From Amoebophrya sp. A120 (Eukaryota; Protista; Dinoflagellata), in assembly GCA_905178155.1 (NCBI GenBank), contig CAJINV010000022.1, forward strand, positions 565,799-629,798: DNA of 64,000 bases, read 5' to 3'. Below are positions 23,102-35,519 of this stretch, piece after piece (position 1 is the stretch's first letter; each line of letters opens with the position of its first letter). The notes beneath the pieces are model-generated. The model saw nothing but the letters and a program-made list of their open reading frames with translations. It had not been told where the DNA came from and did no database searches. A program made the position numbers and the translations under genes.

Positions 23102-24502
23102 TCACATTTCCACCTTCTCAGTGGAAGTGCCCCGCGACTGACTGTTGTTGCGGCTTGTGGATTGCTGGTTGCGTCTGATGGTTCCGCTGCCCCGGTTCTG
23201 GCTGGTGTTGCGACTGGTGGATCGGTCCTGTCGCACGAATTTGTTGTCGCGGAATCGCCCACGACTGCGATTGTCGTTGCCCCAGCTCCAGGAACCGTCG
23301 GCGTTCCAGTGCCACGGGCGACCGTACTCGTTGTTGTTGCCGAACTGCGGCTTGGTGTTGTTTTGGTAGTTGTTGCTCCCGGCCGTACGAAAACCGTTGC
23401 CGGTGAATCCGCGCTGCTGTGGGCGGAAGCCAACGAATGCGGTGGCGCCAGCAGCCGCTTTTCCGGCGACGTCGGAAATCCGGTCCGCGAGGATGACCCG
23501 GATCGCGGTCTGCACGTTATTGAGGCGGAAGTCGCCCGCGATTCGTGTCAACAGACCGGTGACCTGGTGCGGTTCCAACTCACCAAGCACCGCCTTGATG
23601 AGATTCAGACCGTGGATCTCGTCGACGGAAATTTTCTCGACCTTTTTCCGCAGACGCTGGTACGTCTGGAGGTCGGTCTGCAGGTGATCGGAGCGGACCG
23701 TAAAGTTGGTGAAGCGCAGCCAGATGGATAGTTTTTCACTATTGCGCCCAGGGTAGATCTCGCCGTTGAGCGCGCTCAGGTAGTCGTCGATGGATTTGAT
23801 CTCCTTGTCGCGGATTGCGTCCTTCAACTCGACCACCTCGATGCTCTGCTTCAACTGGTAGATCAACGTCGAGAAGGGGAGACTACCGGCTACGACGCCG
23901 AAATACTCCCGCACGTCGGTTTCGTACGCGTCGATATCGACCTGATGGCACCGGATATCGTAATCGTCGATCTGGCTACTGTCCAACTTGAGTTTGGGCA
24001 CGGAGAGCTTGGTCGGGTCGACTTGTTTCTGGTATCCGTACGAACTGTTTCCGCGACCAGCGGCCGCTGGGGTGTAAATTTCGTAGTGCTGGGTCCCCTG
24101 CTGTCCGTCGTCGGATTCTTCGGAATCTTCCTCAATTTGCTCCTGACTGCGGTTGGGTTTCAGTTTGAAGACGTCGATGTTCCCGGCGTTGTTTTCCAGG
24201 ATCTCGAGCGCTTGCTTCTTGAGCTCCTTGAGATTTTCCTTCGACAAGTCGGACGCCCCTTCGGTAGCCCGGATCTTGTTCGCCACCCGCGCTACTAATT
24301 TGAGAAAATAGTAGTCTTCGCCCAATTTCAAGAATTGGCTGCGGTTCTGGTCGTTCACCGCAGTCGCGCCGGCCTGGCGCGCGAAGATCTGCCAAACCTG
24401 GTCGCTGCTACCGCAGATGTAGATGTAGCGAGCGCTGTTGATGGTTGCGATGCCTCCCGCTTTGTTTTGCGGATGTCTGCTGTTCTGGGCTGGTGGCGGC
24501 AT
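23102..24502 (-). CDS. gag: Copia Gag (separate ORF)
   Basis: 466-aa ORF just downstream of the 5' LTR/PBS; basic R/S/N-rich tail; no CCHC knuckle seen. Confidence 0.8.
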   Translation of the reverse strand: MPPPAQNSRHPQNKAGGIATINSARYIYICGSSDQVWQIFARQAGATAVNDQNRSQFLKLGEDYYFLKLVARVANKIRATEGASDLSKENLKELKKQALEILENNAGNIDVFKLKPNRSQEQIEEDSEESDDGQQGTQHYEIYTPAAAGRGNSSYGYQKQVDPTKLSVPKLKLDSSQIDDYDIRCHQVDIDAYETDVREYFGVVAGSLPFSTLIYQLKQSIEVVELKDAIRDKEIKSIDDYLSALNGEIYPGRNSEKLSIWLRFTNFTVRSDHLQTDLQTYQRLRKKVEKISVDEIHGLNLIKAVLGELEPHQVTGLLTRIAGDFRLNNVQTAIRVILADRISDVAGKAAAGATAFVGFRPQQRGFTGNGFRTAGSNNYQNNTKPQFGNNNEYGRPWHWNADGSWSWGNDNRSRGRFRDNKFVRQDRSTSRNTSQNRGSGTIRRNQQSTSRNNSQSRGTSTEKVEM

Positions 24503-24579
24503 CTTTATTGCATGTAGTAGTAGTGACTTCAGGATGATAATCGAATGTGTTTTTGGGGATGGGGGTCTTTAGCAAGAGA

Positions 24580-24589
24580 GGCTCATAAC
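24580..24589 (-). other. Primer-binding site complementary to the tRNA-iMet anticodon arm
   Basis: Minus strand GTTATGAGCC 2 nt after the 5' LTR; + strand GGCTCATAAC. Confidence 0.75.
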
Positions 24590-24591
24590 TC

Positions 24592-24960
24592 TGTTGATCG
24601 TGTGATCTTGACCTCCCGAACACACTCCTTCTTCTTCTTCTTACGGGAAACAAAACGCGTCCTTTCCTGATTGTGTTTGCTCAAAACCTTGAGCCAACGG
24701 CTCAAACGAAAATTGTTGTTGTACATGTTTCAGCATGAGAGATTCGCTCTCCACCCGGTTCCAGGGTCTATCTAATGTTCTCTCTCAAAGAAAGAAGAGT
24801 GCGAATAAACTTTTCCCCAAAAACGAATACGAAAGATATTGGAAAAACGATGGATGCGACTAGTCGTGAAAAAACAGATACCGACTAGCGACGACCACGA
24901 TAAGCGAAAAAACAAGCTCTTGACCGATGAGAGATAGGTGTGAACACATTGTGAACAACA
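24592..24960 (-). repeat. Copia 5' LTR
   Basis: Direct repeat of 18670-19038. Confidence 0.97.
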
Positions 24961-26226
24961 ATTTGGACATGAAACGAGTTCGAGAGAATAGACTTGTATA
25001 AACTGAGTTCAACATAACTCGCCTGGCGTTGCAGGTGCTGCGACCATGCACGACGAAGTACTTACAACTTTATTTGACGACGACACAATTATTCTGTATG
25101 ATGGCGACACTTCTTTCAGAAAGCTGCCCATAGTACTTTTTTCTACCGAAGGAAGCGGAAACTAGTTTCTTCTGTTCATCCTTGGGGCTTCGTCACATAC
25201 TGCATGTTCTACTTGGCAGCACGCATAGGCTCAGGCTGGACCGGGGCATTACGAAGCACCTCCAGCGTGGGTGTGACCGTCTCCGTCATGATCATGACGA
25301 GCTTTACATATTACCCCATTTATTTTCCCGTACGGATGAAAAAACTTCTTTGCATGCACACCAGTATATCGTTTTCGTTCTTACATAAGAGGACCACGTA
25401 AGTCTAGCCTGACGCTTTTCAAAAACCCTTGAGTCAAGAAGAAGTGTGCACAACTTCTCCTCCGCCGGAGTCGAAGGAGTAGCGACTTCCAAGTGCTGCC
25501 ACCGAGAAATGTACAATTACAGCGACCATACACATAGAAAAAGCATTCCCAACTTGCGCACGATGCGACGTCCCATTTCGGATATCATTTTACTGACTTG
25601 AGGTCAAGGTATATAAAAGTGTTCCACGAATTTGATGGCAGCTGTTTTCTGCAGCAGCAGTGTCACTGCAACTTCTTCTGCACGCTCCGTCGAGATTCGA
25701 CGGAAGCAGAAGTCGGCTAGGCATCCTACCCCTAGGTTGTATCCCGACTACTAGGGACATGCGCTGCGCAACTTGCCATCTCCGAAAGTTCTGTTGTCTT
25801 CTCGATTACCTACACAAGAATGTTCCGGCGGTGTGGCACAATCAAAAAGAAGCCCCCGGCGACGGCTTGTTGCGCTGCTTTTGCTCTGTTCCAGAAGCGT
25901 TATATGAAATTTCCGTGATTATATGAAGAGGTGGACGAGGTACCGCAGTGGCTTTCTCGCTGTGCGTATCAAATGTCAGATAAAAGCTGGGGTTGATTTT
26001 GAAAGGATGGAGCCGAGCAAGAATGTTCTTAGCACAATGCAGAATGGCAAATTTCGATAAACCTAAAGATCTGAAATTCGAGTAAACCCAGAAGCAATGT
26101 TGCAAGGAAATTCCAAACTACATAAAGAACTGTTTGTGTAGTTGGTAGGTGGGAACATGTATTGACCGAAATTCGACATAGAATCTGAGCCCAAAACAAG
26201 AAGTAGATAAAAACACATTCAAGACC

Positions 26227-29200
26227 ATGATGCGCAGCAGCCTCGCGGAGCCTGCGGGGCAGCAGCAACGGGCTGGCAATCTCCGTCCCAGCGGTGTGGG
26301 TGGCATGTTCGGCAAGTTGAGTACCGCGGAACAACCACCCGCAAGACCGGTCGCAGCGATATCCCGCAAAAAAAAGCAGTCAGGTCAGATTTGTAATGCG
26401 AAAATACATACGAAGAAAAATCTCCTGTCACGGGCAACCCCATAGGAGGCTGTTCAGGATATTACGCAATAGTACCGATTCATCTTCTGTGTATTTATTT
26501 TTGCACTGCAAATATGACCTGCACCTGCCTGTCTTTTCCTGTGGGATAAGCGAAAACCTCGACCAAGCCGCAGAAGAACTGGGCGGAGAAGCACCGGCCG
26601 AAAAAACTGCAGAACATTGTTTTACGCGAACAGATATGCATTGCAAAAGTATCGTACTCATAGTAATTGCAAACATGCATCACAAATCTTGTTCTTAAGC
26701 CAAATCCGCATTACAAATTTTATTTTTCACGCTGAGGAAATTTGTATTGCATTTTTAGTACGAGTACGATACTTTTGCACAGGATAACACACCCGCAAGA
26801 CGTTCGAGAAGAGCATCGAACAGCCGTTGAAGATGCCCCACCTGCTCATGTACGGCCCCCCTGGCACTGGAAAAACCACCACCGCCTGGGCGTTCTTGTA
26901 CGAGTTGTTCGGGAAAAAAGCGGCGGGTCGCCACGTCAAGGCGCTCAACTCCAGTCAAGACCGCGGGATCAAGGTGATTCGGGAAGAGTATGGTCTGGGG
27001 AAAAACTTGTGCATTTTTGAAGTCGACGGGGAAGTACTTTTTTTTGCCGGTGATTCAGGAAGATCACTAAAGCAGGGTTAGAAGTAGAAGACGTAGCGCG
27101 TTTATTGTCACGCAGGAAAATAACCGTTGCTGCATGCGATCCATCACCGAAGATTTTTTGTGTAACCATAAAAAGCTGTTGGAGTCGCAGAAGGAGATTG
27201 AGGATTACAAACTTCACAGTACACAAATTTTCCCTACCATAACGCAGTGAAGCCCTACTGTGAGGCGGAAATTAACGATAGCAAGGACGAACCTGGGTAA
27301 GATCGGAAGTAGAATCCTTTCAAAGCTCGCAATCGCATGTTGACAAAAACAAGCGTTGCTACTGATGCGCCAAATGAATGACACACAGGGATTCTTCTTT
27401 CCATGTGCCCTTTGCAGTTACTTATTCCGGTATGACAAACTACTTTTCCAAAACAAAGACATCAATCCCAGGTACCCTAACCCGCGCTTGAAATTCATCC
27501 TGATGGACGAGGCGGACGCGTTAACGATGGAAGCCCAAGCCGCGCTCCGACGCGTGATCGAGGAAAACTCGGATAACACCCGCTTCATCCTGTGCTGCAA
27601 TTACGTGAACAAAATCATCGAGCCGATCCAGTTATGCAAGACATCAAAAGTATCATACTTCAAGAAAATGTGCATCACAAAGTACATTCCGAAACGGAAA
27701 ATAAACTGGCAGCTTGTGTGATGCTGATTTTGGAATAGAAACCAGATTTGATGTTGTCATGTGTAAAGATGGTCCACCAAGCTACTGGTAGTGCGAGTAC
27801 GATACTTGGTTTTCACATGATATCAGTCCCGTTGCGCCTCCGTGGCCTTCACCCCGTTGGCGCCGGACCTGCACAAGCTGCATTTGGTCAAGTATCAAAG
27901 TGAAAAAAGCCCCCACCCCACATCAAAACGAAATTTCTGATGCTGTATTTGCGTACACGAATCAGATTTGTCTTGCAGTAGGGGACTGCAGGCCGATATC
28001 ATGCCAGTGCGCAGAGGTTTTGGCCTAGGCGCTTAGCATGGGGAACGCCTATGCTGTAGGACCAACAGCATTACAAACCGCCTGCATAATGGGGCGGAGC
28101 GCATGCCGTTACTTTCTTGCAAGACAGACACGATTTGTGGTCACAAATCAGCATCGCAAATTTTTTGAGGCGTTCCTTTTCGATATGCGGAGGGGGGATT
28201 TTTCCTTACAATATCAAGATCTGCAAGGAGGAGAACGTCGTTTTAGTAGAGGACAATCTTGAGAAATTTTCCCAGTCCCAACTCCCGATTGACATGGTAT
28301 CCACTGCAAAAGTACGGTAAATTTTGTAGTAATTCGAAATTGATGCAATCGCGCATGGGGGGGTCAATCAGCAATACAAATTGCCGTTCTCGTCATGCGG
28401 AGCAAATCTGTCATGCAGCTACGAACACCAGTACGGTACTTTTGTCTAATGCATATATGGAGGAAGACTTCGACTACAATGACTGCAACAGCAAGATTCA
28501 AGAATTGAATTTCAACACCCCCTGCCTGGACTTCCTCGTCGACCTATGCGTTGCAGAAGTACTATCGTACTCGTAGAAATTGCATTCATGCATGACAAAA
28601 CTGGTTGTTCCTTAGGTAATGCACGATGACAAATTTTATTTGTCATGCTGCGAAAATTTATATGTAAAAATGCAATTACAACCAGTACGATAGTTCTGTT
28701 TCAGGTCCATACGACCTCTCCGATGGCGACTGCCGGCGGTCCATCACATTATTGCAGTCGGTCGCGAGCGTGTGCAGCCGAAAAGGCAAGGATGCAGATA
28801 GCACAGTGACTGTGGGAAGAGCCACGAACATGTTCGGCGGTGGGGGCAGCAACGCTCTTGCGTCGAGAGCTTCTGTGGCGGGAGCGGCTGCAAAGGATGT
28901 GAAGATTCGCGTCACGATATGACAATGGAAAATTCCCCATCTCCATAACTGAAACGAATATTTCTTGTGTAGCACGATTTGTGATCACAAGTCACCGATT
29001 GAGTCCTATGCTAGAAGGGAAGATGAGATGTTGTGACCTGTAGTTCTTTCTGGCTGGCGTGGAAAAGCTTTGCGCTTTAGCTTTACGCATGTTGACAGAA
29101 AGCAACTGCAAGCCGGAGGTAACAGCATGACAAATTACCTGCAATTGAGGCCGCAACTTCGTCTGTTGGACTTCTAGCAATACCGGTCGATTTGCGTACG

Positions 29201-30953
29201 GAAGAAATCCAGCATCACAAATTTCCTTTTCAATATGGGGAAGGGGGATAATTCTTCCTCAGGATACAGAAAGCCAGATCTGGTCCAGGTTTCTAACTCG
29301 CTGGAGGAACCGAAACTGCAAGAAATCGTGAATCACATCTTGTTATGCAGCGCAAATATACACGCATTTGTTGCTGGAAACTTGTAATGCTGGGGCGTGA
29401 AGAACAGTAAACGCTCTGCATAAATCTAAATACACAGCCAAGCAAGCATGACAAATGTTTGCGCGGCTTGGTGTTGCGTTTTCCGCATGACAAACTGCGT
29501 TTATTTTGCATGCCAAGCAAAAGCAGAGTCTCTTCTCGGACACGCGTCACAGACTCTTTAGTTGTCATGGCACCATACAAGCATATAGAAATAACCTTGC
29601 ATTCTTCCAGACCCAGACCAATATTTGCGGCGCATACCTGTACACCGAAACATTCGAAGAAGTGGAAAACGATGCGGAGTGGCTGTTGCGCAACGCTTTT
29701 GCGGTCCGAGCGGTGATCATCCCGATTTGGCAGGAGATCCGGAGCCGGGCGAAAAATCTCTTCTACAGCTATCAACCGTAAAAATGTCTGGGTCTGGAAG
29801 ATTCTGACACTTGTCATGCACGTTTTGCATGAGCCGTGATGTCTGTGATGCATGCCCTAGCATCACAGATTTTTTGAGAGCTTCTTGATGCCTATTTCGC
29901 ATGACAAATGCCCTCTCCGTGTAGCAAAAATTAAATTTTCTTTTGGCATTCATGCAACACAGATTTTTCTGGAATCCAAATGCAGCATCACAAGTTCCAT
30001 TCTTCCAGACCCAGACACTTTTACATTTGATAACAGCAGCGCGGCCTCGATGAGCCAGTTCGCGGGGTCTGGCTTTGCCGGGACAAAACGGGAGGACTTT
30101 TTGCCACTACAGTTTTCCAACTATGCATTGCAAAAGTAACCTACTAGTAGAAATTGCATGACAAATTTCGGCAAGTTGAAAAGTGGAATTTGTAATGCTG
30201 TCTTACCTTAGGAGGAAGATTTGTCATGCATATTTGCAATTACCTCGAGTGCGATACTTTTGCACAGCACACCAACCTACAGTGGACGAAAGTGGGGATT
30301 CTGATCGCGGAAGTCGATGGTATGGTGAACGCAAACGTCCCGACCGACGCGGTGTATCCCTATTTCCTGCTCACGTTGTACCTGCTCCTAAACTATCAAA
30401 TGCAAAAATGTCTGGGTCTGGAAGGTTGCAACCCAATTTGTACGTTGCGCAAGTGATAGTATATGTAGTAATAGTTAGTTCCACCGGTGGACATATTAGC
30501 ATGCTTAATCTCTCTCTAAATAGTGCAAACACGTAGTTCTCTTTTATTTTCTTTCTTCATAAAGTTCAAGTCGTTCTCTTCCCTGTGCTGTACCAAGGTC
30601 TTGTTTCCAGACAAAACACCAGACATTTTTGCATTTGATATGTACACGAAGCAGGAGATCAAGCCGGCAAAAAATCTGGCGGAGGTCGACTATGCTGTGC
30701 AAAAGTATCTGATACTCGTATTGCATGCATGCATTGCAAATCTATTCCCTAAGGTAAATCAGCATTACAAATTTTCTTTCTCATGCTGAGGAAATTTGTA
30801 ATGCATTTATACGAGTACGATTCTTTTGCAATGCATATCGACGATCACGCACTGATTTGGGCGCAGTACTCCGTGGGGGTGTCGAAGTATCACGACGAGT
30901 ACAATCCATATCCGAAGGAAGAAATGTGGGGAAACGAAATTGCGACTTTCTGA
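26227..30953 (+). CDS. Replication factor C small subunit (RFC2/RFC4-like clamp loader AAA+), 13 introner introns plus one GT-AG intron
   Basis: Spliced model: [75 protein letters not shown]; open to TGA 30951-30953. Canonical intron 27297-27471 (alternative in-frame acceptor 27417). Confidence 0.93.
26360..26548. mobile_element. TIR introner (other family)
   Basis: TATCCCGCA...TGTGGGATA; perfect AGCGA repeat. Confidence 0.9.
26635..26786. mobile_element. TIR introner family B
   Basis: Flanks ACAGA/ACACA; frame restored. Confidence 0.92.
26989..27241. mobile_element. Diverged TIR introner
   Basis: TATGG..GGAAAA..TTGTG / CACAAATTTTCC..CCATA; +5 removal gives IREE-VKPY. Confidence 0.75.
27633..27822. 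mobile_element. TIR introner family B within the SRC motif
   Basis: Flanks CCAGT/TCAGT; removal restores IQ-SRC. Confidence 0.9.
27893..28213. mobile_element. TIR introner family E (C-run/G-run TIR)
   Basis: Perfect TCAAG repeat; related to 38414-38735. Confidence 0.9.
28298..28455. mobile_element. TIR introner family B
   Basis: Flanks CATGG/TATGG; frame restored. Confidence 0.85.
28545..28711. mobile_element. TIR introner family B
   Basis: Perfect CGACC repeat; restores DL-SDGDCRR. Confidence 0.9.
28918..29266. mobile_element. TIR introner family E (diverged)
   Basis: TATGA..AATTCCCC / GGGGGATAATT..GGATA; flanks CACGA/CAGAA; frame restored. Confidence 0.8.
29344..29636. mobile_element. 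TIR introner family A (diverged)
   Basis: TATGCAGCGCAAATAT...ATATTTGCGGCGCATA; flanks CTTGT/CCTGT. Confidence 0.85.
29770..30032. mobile_element. TIR introner family A
   Basis: Perfect ACAGC repeat; very similar to 62492-62753. Confidence 0.95.
30122..30271. mobile_element. TIR introner family B
   Basis: Perfect CCAAC repeat. Confidence 0.9.
30394..30640. mobile_element. TIR introner family A ends with an atypical interior
   Basis: TATCAAATGCAAAAATGTCTGG / CCAGACATTTTTGCATTTGATA; flanks TAAAC/TGTAC. Confidence 0.9.
30691..30837. mobile_element. TIR introner family B
   Basis: Perfect TCGAC repeat. Confidence 0.95.
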
Positions 30954-31831
30954 AGTAGATAGGAACTGTTACGGAAGGGGATTTTTAGTCGTAGATGCTG
31001 AGCAGGACAATGAGCAGGTTAGCTTTTTATTTCTATAGGCCAAGACCTTGAACTTCAACTTCTACATGAGGCGTAGTTGTGCATTAGCCAGATTTGAAAA
31101 AGTGCAAGCGTACTAGCGAGAGTGAAAATGTCGAATCGTAGAAAAGCGTAGCGAGACCGAAGGTAACATGAGAGAAGTTTTTCGAGGCACCACAGATATT
31201 GGTGTCAACGCAGAGCAAGCGTACTTGCGATGAGACTGTCATGACCAAAGTTGTCAATGATCAGAGGATTTTTGGAAAAAGGAAAAAGGAAAACCCAACA
31301 TTGCTGCGATTGTCGAAGAACTACACGTTCCGTGAGGGATGATGAAGATCAGAGTAAAAGAACAGCAAAATGCTGCGTGAATGATCATCAACAAAAAATG
31401 ACTGTGCGTGGAAGAAAAGTTCTTGTGGGAAGATCATCTGAACAAGCAGACTAGTGACGATCGGAGTCAAGAAACTGTGATTTCATTGCCCACGACATCC
31501 CACGAGGACGAAGTGTACTTCTGACTCAGGCTCATGCTCAAATTGTCGTCCTATCGGACGTCGATTAGTCCCACACGGGTTCTTGATGATCACCAGGACT
31601 TCTGAAGGTTTTTGTTTTTTCATCCTCGCGACGTAGACGCACTGTACCAACTATACTTGAAGACTTTTGCGTTTCGCTTTATATATCATACAGCAAACGG
31701 CCGGAATATTTTTGAAATCCAATTTCCCGTCGCAGTCGCACCTGCGCAGTAGTACACAAAATCAACATTTCGTTTGGATGACAAACTACAACCTAAGATC
31801 TACTACTGGACGAAAAATTTTTGTCACAAAA

Positions 31832-34800
31832 ATGCACGATCCTTTCATGATCCCGAAAAGAAAACTCCGACGCGGTCACGGACCACCTTCCCCCGCAGCT
31901 GGTGTTTATTCCGCATTCTTGTTGGCGCAGCTCTCCATGTTGTCCCATTATGCCGCCTTGGGGTTATTTGTGGGTGTGGTCTTCGCGAGTGATATTGTTC
32001 CAAGACCAAGCGCGCTGGTATCAAATAAAGGCGGACGCTCGTCCTTTTCAGGCGCATCTTCCTCGGCATGCAGCTCCTTGCATAAAAATCCACCCCGCGA
32101 AGAAAAAGAAGTAGACCACAACATGGACGAACAAGCGCAGCTCGATGTTCTGGACACAGCGCCAGCATCTCCACCACAGAAACGGAGAAAAATATTGCGT
32201 ACTACTGATCATTCCGCAGCTGAACAAGAATGCACAGCTGCTTTTCGCGCCGCAAGCGGCCTCTTACAGGAAAAATTAACCATCGCTGCACGCGAAGATC
32301 CACCACAGCAGCCAACCAGCAGTAGCTCTGCCACAGATCATCGTCCTCCGCATCAAGTGCAACCTGATTTACTCCCAACTGACACTTGGGAGAATGTCGC
32401 GTCTTTCCTTTCCGCTGCCCGGAAAATTCCTGTGAAACAACAAGTAGGGCAGTCCTCCGAGGAGGAGGAAACACAACAACCAGCGCTGGGAGATGTTGAA
32501 ATCGAGCAAACGAAGCTGAATCTGGAGAATTTCTTTAAAACCTTGCAGCGCAAGGCCGCCGCCATGTGGGAGAAGCAGTTGCTTATGCATTGCAAAAGTG
32601 TCGTACTGGTCCTTCTCCTAGTTGTAATTGCATTTTACAAATGTCTCCAGCTTGAAAAATGAAACTATTTGCAAAAATGCTCCTTTAGGTTGAAAGAGAA
32701 GCTTCTCATGCATAAGCAAGTGCAAGAAGTCCTGCGAGTATCAGATACTTTTGCACATCATATTCCGGTCTCCGAAGTTTTGGAACGGTGCTACCGACAA
32801 CTCGGGAGCTGGATTTTTACGAGCTTGTGCTTCCGACACCGAGAAAGCTGTGGCTGCAGAACGGACCCAGTCGGTTGTGTACAACAGAAATATTTCTTTT
32901 TCGCACCGAGAACCGCTGTCGCTCCCCAGCAGATTTCTGACCAGACTCGCTGGGGCAATCGTGAAGCAGACAATTCTCGCGCACGTGTTGCGACGTGGCT
33001 TCCGCTTGGGGCCGGAGTATCCGGGTTCCGGGTTCGCAAGTGCGAGTAGGTCGGCGGGAGAATTGATGAAACAGGGGAAAAAAACGTACTTTGGCAACGA
33101 TTGGCATCGAAGGCTTTTTTACTTCCGTGACGCGGCGACGTCGACACAAGCTGCTTCCGATGGAGGTTCATTATCCCCTCGAAACCTTGTCCCCGGAACA
33201 TTTTCCTGTCGAGCAATCGACAACAAGAATACTTGGAACAACAACTGGCAAAGCGGTGACTACAATATGGATTGCAAATATGTCTGGGTCTGGAAGAGTG
33301 CGATATTTGTCATGCTAGTCTAGCATGACACTGAGCCCTGTATTGCGTGGCCAGCAAGAGGCCCTCTGGTCTGTCATGCAAAAACGCTGTTTCTCATGCG
33401 GAATACGCAACACAAAGCCACGGAAAAATTTGTCATGCTTGGCGGCGCATTACAATGTACCTCCTATTAACTAACATGCATCACAACTTTCCAGACCCAG
33501 ACACTTTTGCATTTGATATACAATCCGCTGTTGCAACACGGCTGGCTGTCTCCGCAGATCTTGTCAGAAATAGGGGTGCGGAAGACGAGAAAATTAGAGG
33601 AGCAGGCGCGCAACCGTGGTTCTCTGTCCTCTAAAGATGAGATGAATAGTACGAAGGGAGCTGCGGCCGCGGGTGTAGTACTACAGTCGAGTAGTTCATC
33701 TACGGCAGCTACTAGCGGTACAACAAGCTCCGGAACGACCACGGCTGCCAGTACGACGTCATCCGCTTCGTCGAGCTCAATCTCCTCTTCCGGAGCAGAT
33801 GGCAATACGGCCAGCCTCAATGGTGCGAGTCCGTCAGGGACTACTACGCAGTATAGTGGTGTTGATCACGGTTCTTTAACTACACCAGCGGCAGAGCAGG
33901 AACTACGAGGCGTGTCCGACGACGAGGAGGCGGGGGCCACAAGTACGAGGGTCGCTCCACCAGAAGTCGACGAGGAGGCGGTCGCCTGGTCGAATGTAAA
34001 TATTCAGCCGGAGCACGTGCAGCAGGGCCGCGATGCCAAGGCTTTTTTCGAGGAGCACGTGGTCAAAAATAACGACCCAGGCAAGTACTACCCAAAAGTT
34101 TTTCTCGATTCAGGAACAAAGCGGACCGATTACCACTTCCCCCCCGCCTTCCACCGCCTCTTCGGCCGGCTGCCGCGGCCGGAGGGCTTCAATCCGAATG
34201 CGCAGGAAGACGAAGAGACGATCACTCTACAAACCGACGACTACAGGGCCTACATCCGGAAGCCGGATGGGTCGAACCGCTGGAGAGTATGCATTGCAAA
34301 TATTTCGGGGTCTGTAGAAATGCCAACCTGTGATGCGACGTGTGAAGAGGTCCAGACTCTCTGGACCATGCTGCAAAATTTGCATGACAAACTTCTGCAT
34401 TTTCCCAGACCCAGATATTTGCAATGGATAGACCGGCAGCAGCAACCAAACGACGAGCCACTACACGACCAGATTCGACTATGCATTGCAAAAGCATCGT
34501 ACCAGTATAAATCGCAATACAAATTTTCTCAGAAGGAGAAACGGAGTTTGTAATGCTGATTTGGCTAAAAAACAAGATTTGTCATGCGTGATTGCAATTA
34601 GTACGAGTATGATACTTTTGCAGAGCATATCGACCTGGACCAAGCAATTCACGACGCCACGTGGGGGTATCCTGAGTAAAAACGTCCCCACACCAGAGTC
34701 AAGATGGTAGATCTGCTACACAAATCAACCAGCTAAGACTATTTTGCATGACAAGTTTGTGCTCGTAGTGTAATCCTGTTAAGCTAGTTCAGCAGCATCA

Positions 34801-35519
34801 CAGATCTACGCTATCGTGCTGATTGACGCATCACAAATTCCAAAACGCGACTAGAAAATGCTTCTCATTGCGCTCCGCGTGAGAAACTTTTTGTTTTTTG
34901 GCATGCAGATTTGCATGACAACTCTGGGGTGGGGACGTTTTTACACAGCATAGGGGAAGACCAGTATTCAATGCAGGACGACCACATCAGCCTGGCGCGG
35001 ACGGCGTCTTTGCAGAGGAATTTGAACCCCACTTGCGGTTTCTGATTATGAATGTGCACAATGTCCCCTCCCCCTCACTTGTATATGCAAAATCCCAAAT
35101 CCAGGTGCTGCCTTGTAGCACTGTTTGCATGACAAATGATCCTGGAAGCCCAAACAGCACTACACTCCAGTGCAAATTTTTCATGCAAAACCGGCATTCT
35201 TTCTGATGCTTGTATTGCCGTTCATGCTATACAAAATGTGGGGGAGGGGGAGTTGTGGCGCAATTCTATACTGATTCTCGAGTCGCCAGAAGTGTTTACA
35301 CTTGTGAAATGCGACGTGCAGAACAACTGGGTGTGCGGGGTGCAAATCTGCGAGGCCGACGACCGGGAGGATCGAAGGCGAAGAATTGCGGCAGAAGACC
35401 CCCGTAATCGAGGAGACCGTGATGGTGCAACGGGCAGGACGGCGGGGGCGACGAATGGAGGACGGCGCATGGATCATACGGCCAGGGATGACGAGTATCG
35501 CCGCGTACAGGGGGGATAG
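31832..35519 (+). CDS. Unknown protein with an N-terminal hydrophobic segment and S/T-rich region, 6 introners
   Basis: Removing the elements at 32584, 33266, 34288, 34480, 34668 and 35047 (+5 nt each) gives one open frame ending ..RDDEYRRVQGG* (TAG 35517-35519). Confidence 0.75.
32584..32762. mobile_element. TIR introner family B
   Basis: TATGCATTGCAAAAGT...ACTTTTGCACATCATA; frame restored. Confidence 0.85.
33266..33518. mobile_element. TIR introner family A
   Basis: Perfect TACAA repeat. Confidence 0.95.
34288..34430. mobile_element. Short (internally deleted) family A introner
   Basis: TATGCATTGCAAATAT / ATATTTGCAATGGATA; 143 bp. Confidence 0.85.
34480..34629. mobile_element. TIR introner family B
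   Basis: Perfect TCGAC repeat. Confidence 0.92.
34668..34952. mobile_element. TIR introner family C
   Basis: TATCCTGAGTAAAAACGTCCCCACACCAGAGT; flanks GGGGG/GGGGA. Confidence 0.92.
35047..35270. mobile_element. TIR introner (C-run/G-run type)
   Basis: TCCCCTCCCCC / GGGGGAGGGGG arms; perfect CTGAT repeat. Confidence 0.88.

Larger units (their letters stand above)
18670..24960 (-). mobile_element. Full-length Ty1/Copia LTR retrotransposon
   Basis: Two 369-bp LTRs TGTTG...CAACA that look identical by eye, 5-bp TSD ATTTG, pol order PR-IN-RT-RH. Confidence 0.97.

Noticed and set aside
26988-27247. Canonical GT...AG intron reading of this element
   Set aside because: That removal is 2 nt longer than element +5 and shifts the frame to a stop before the Walker B exon.
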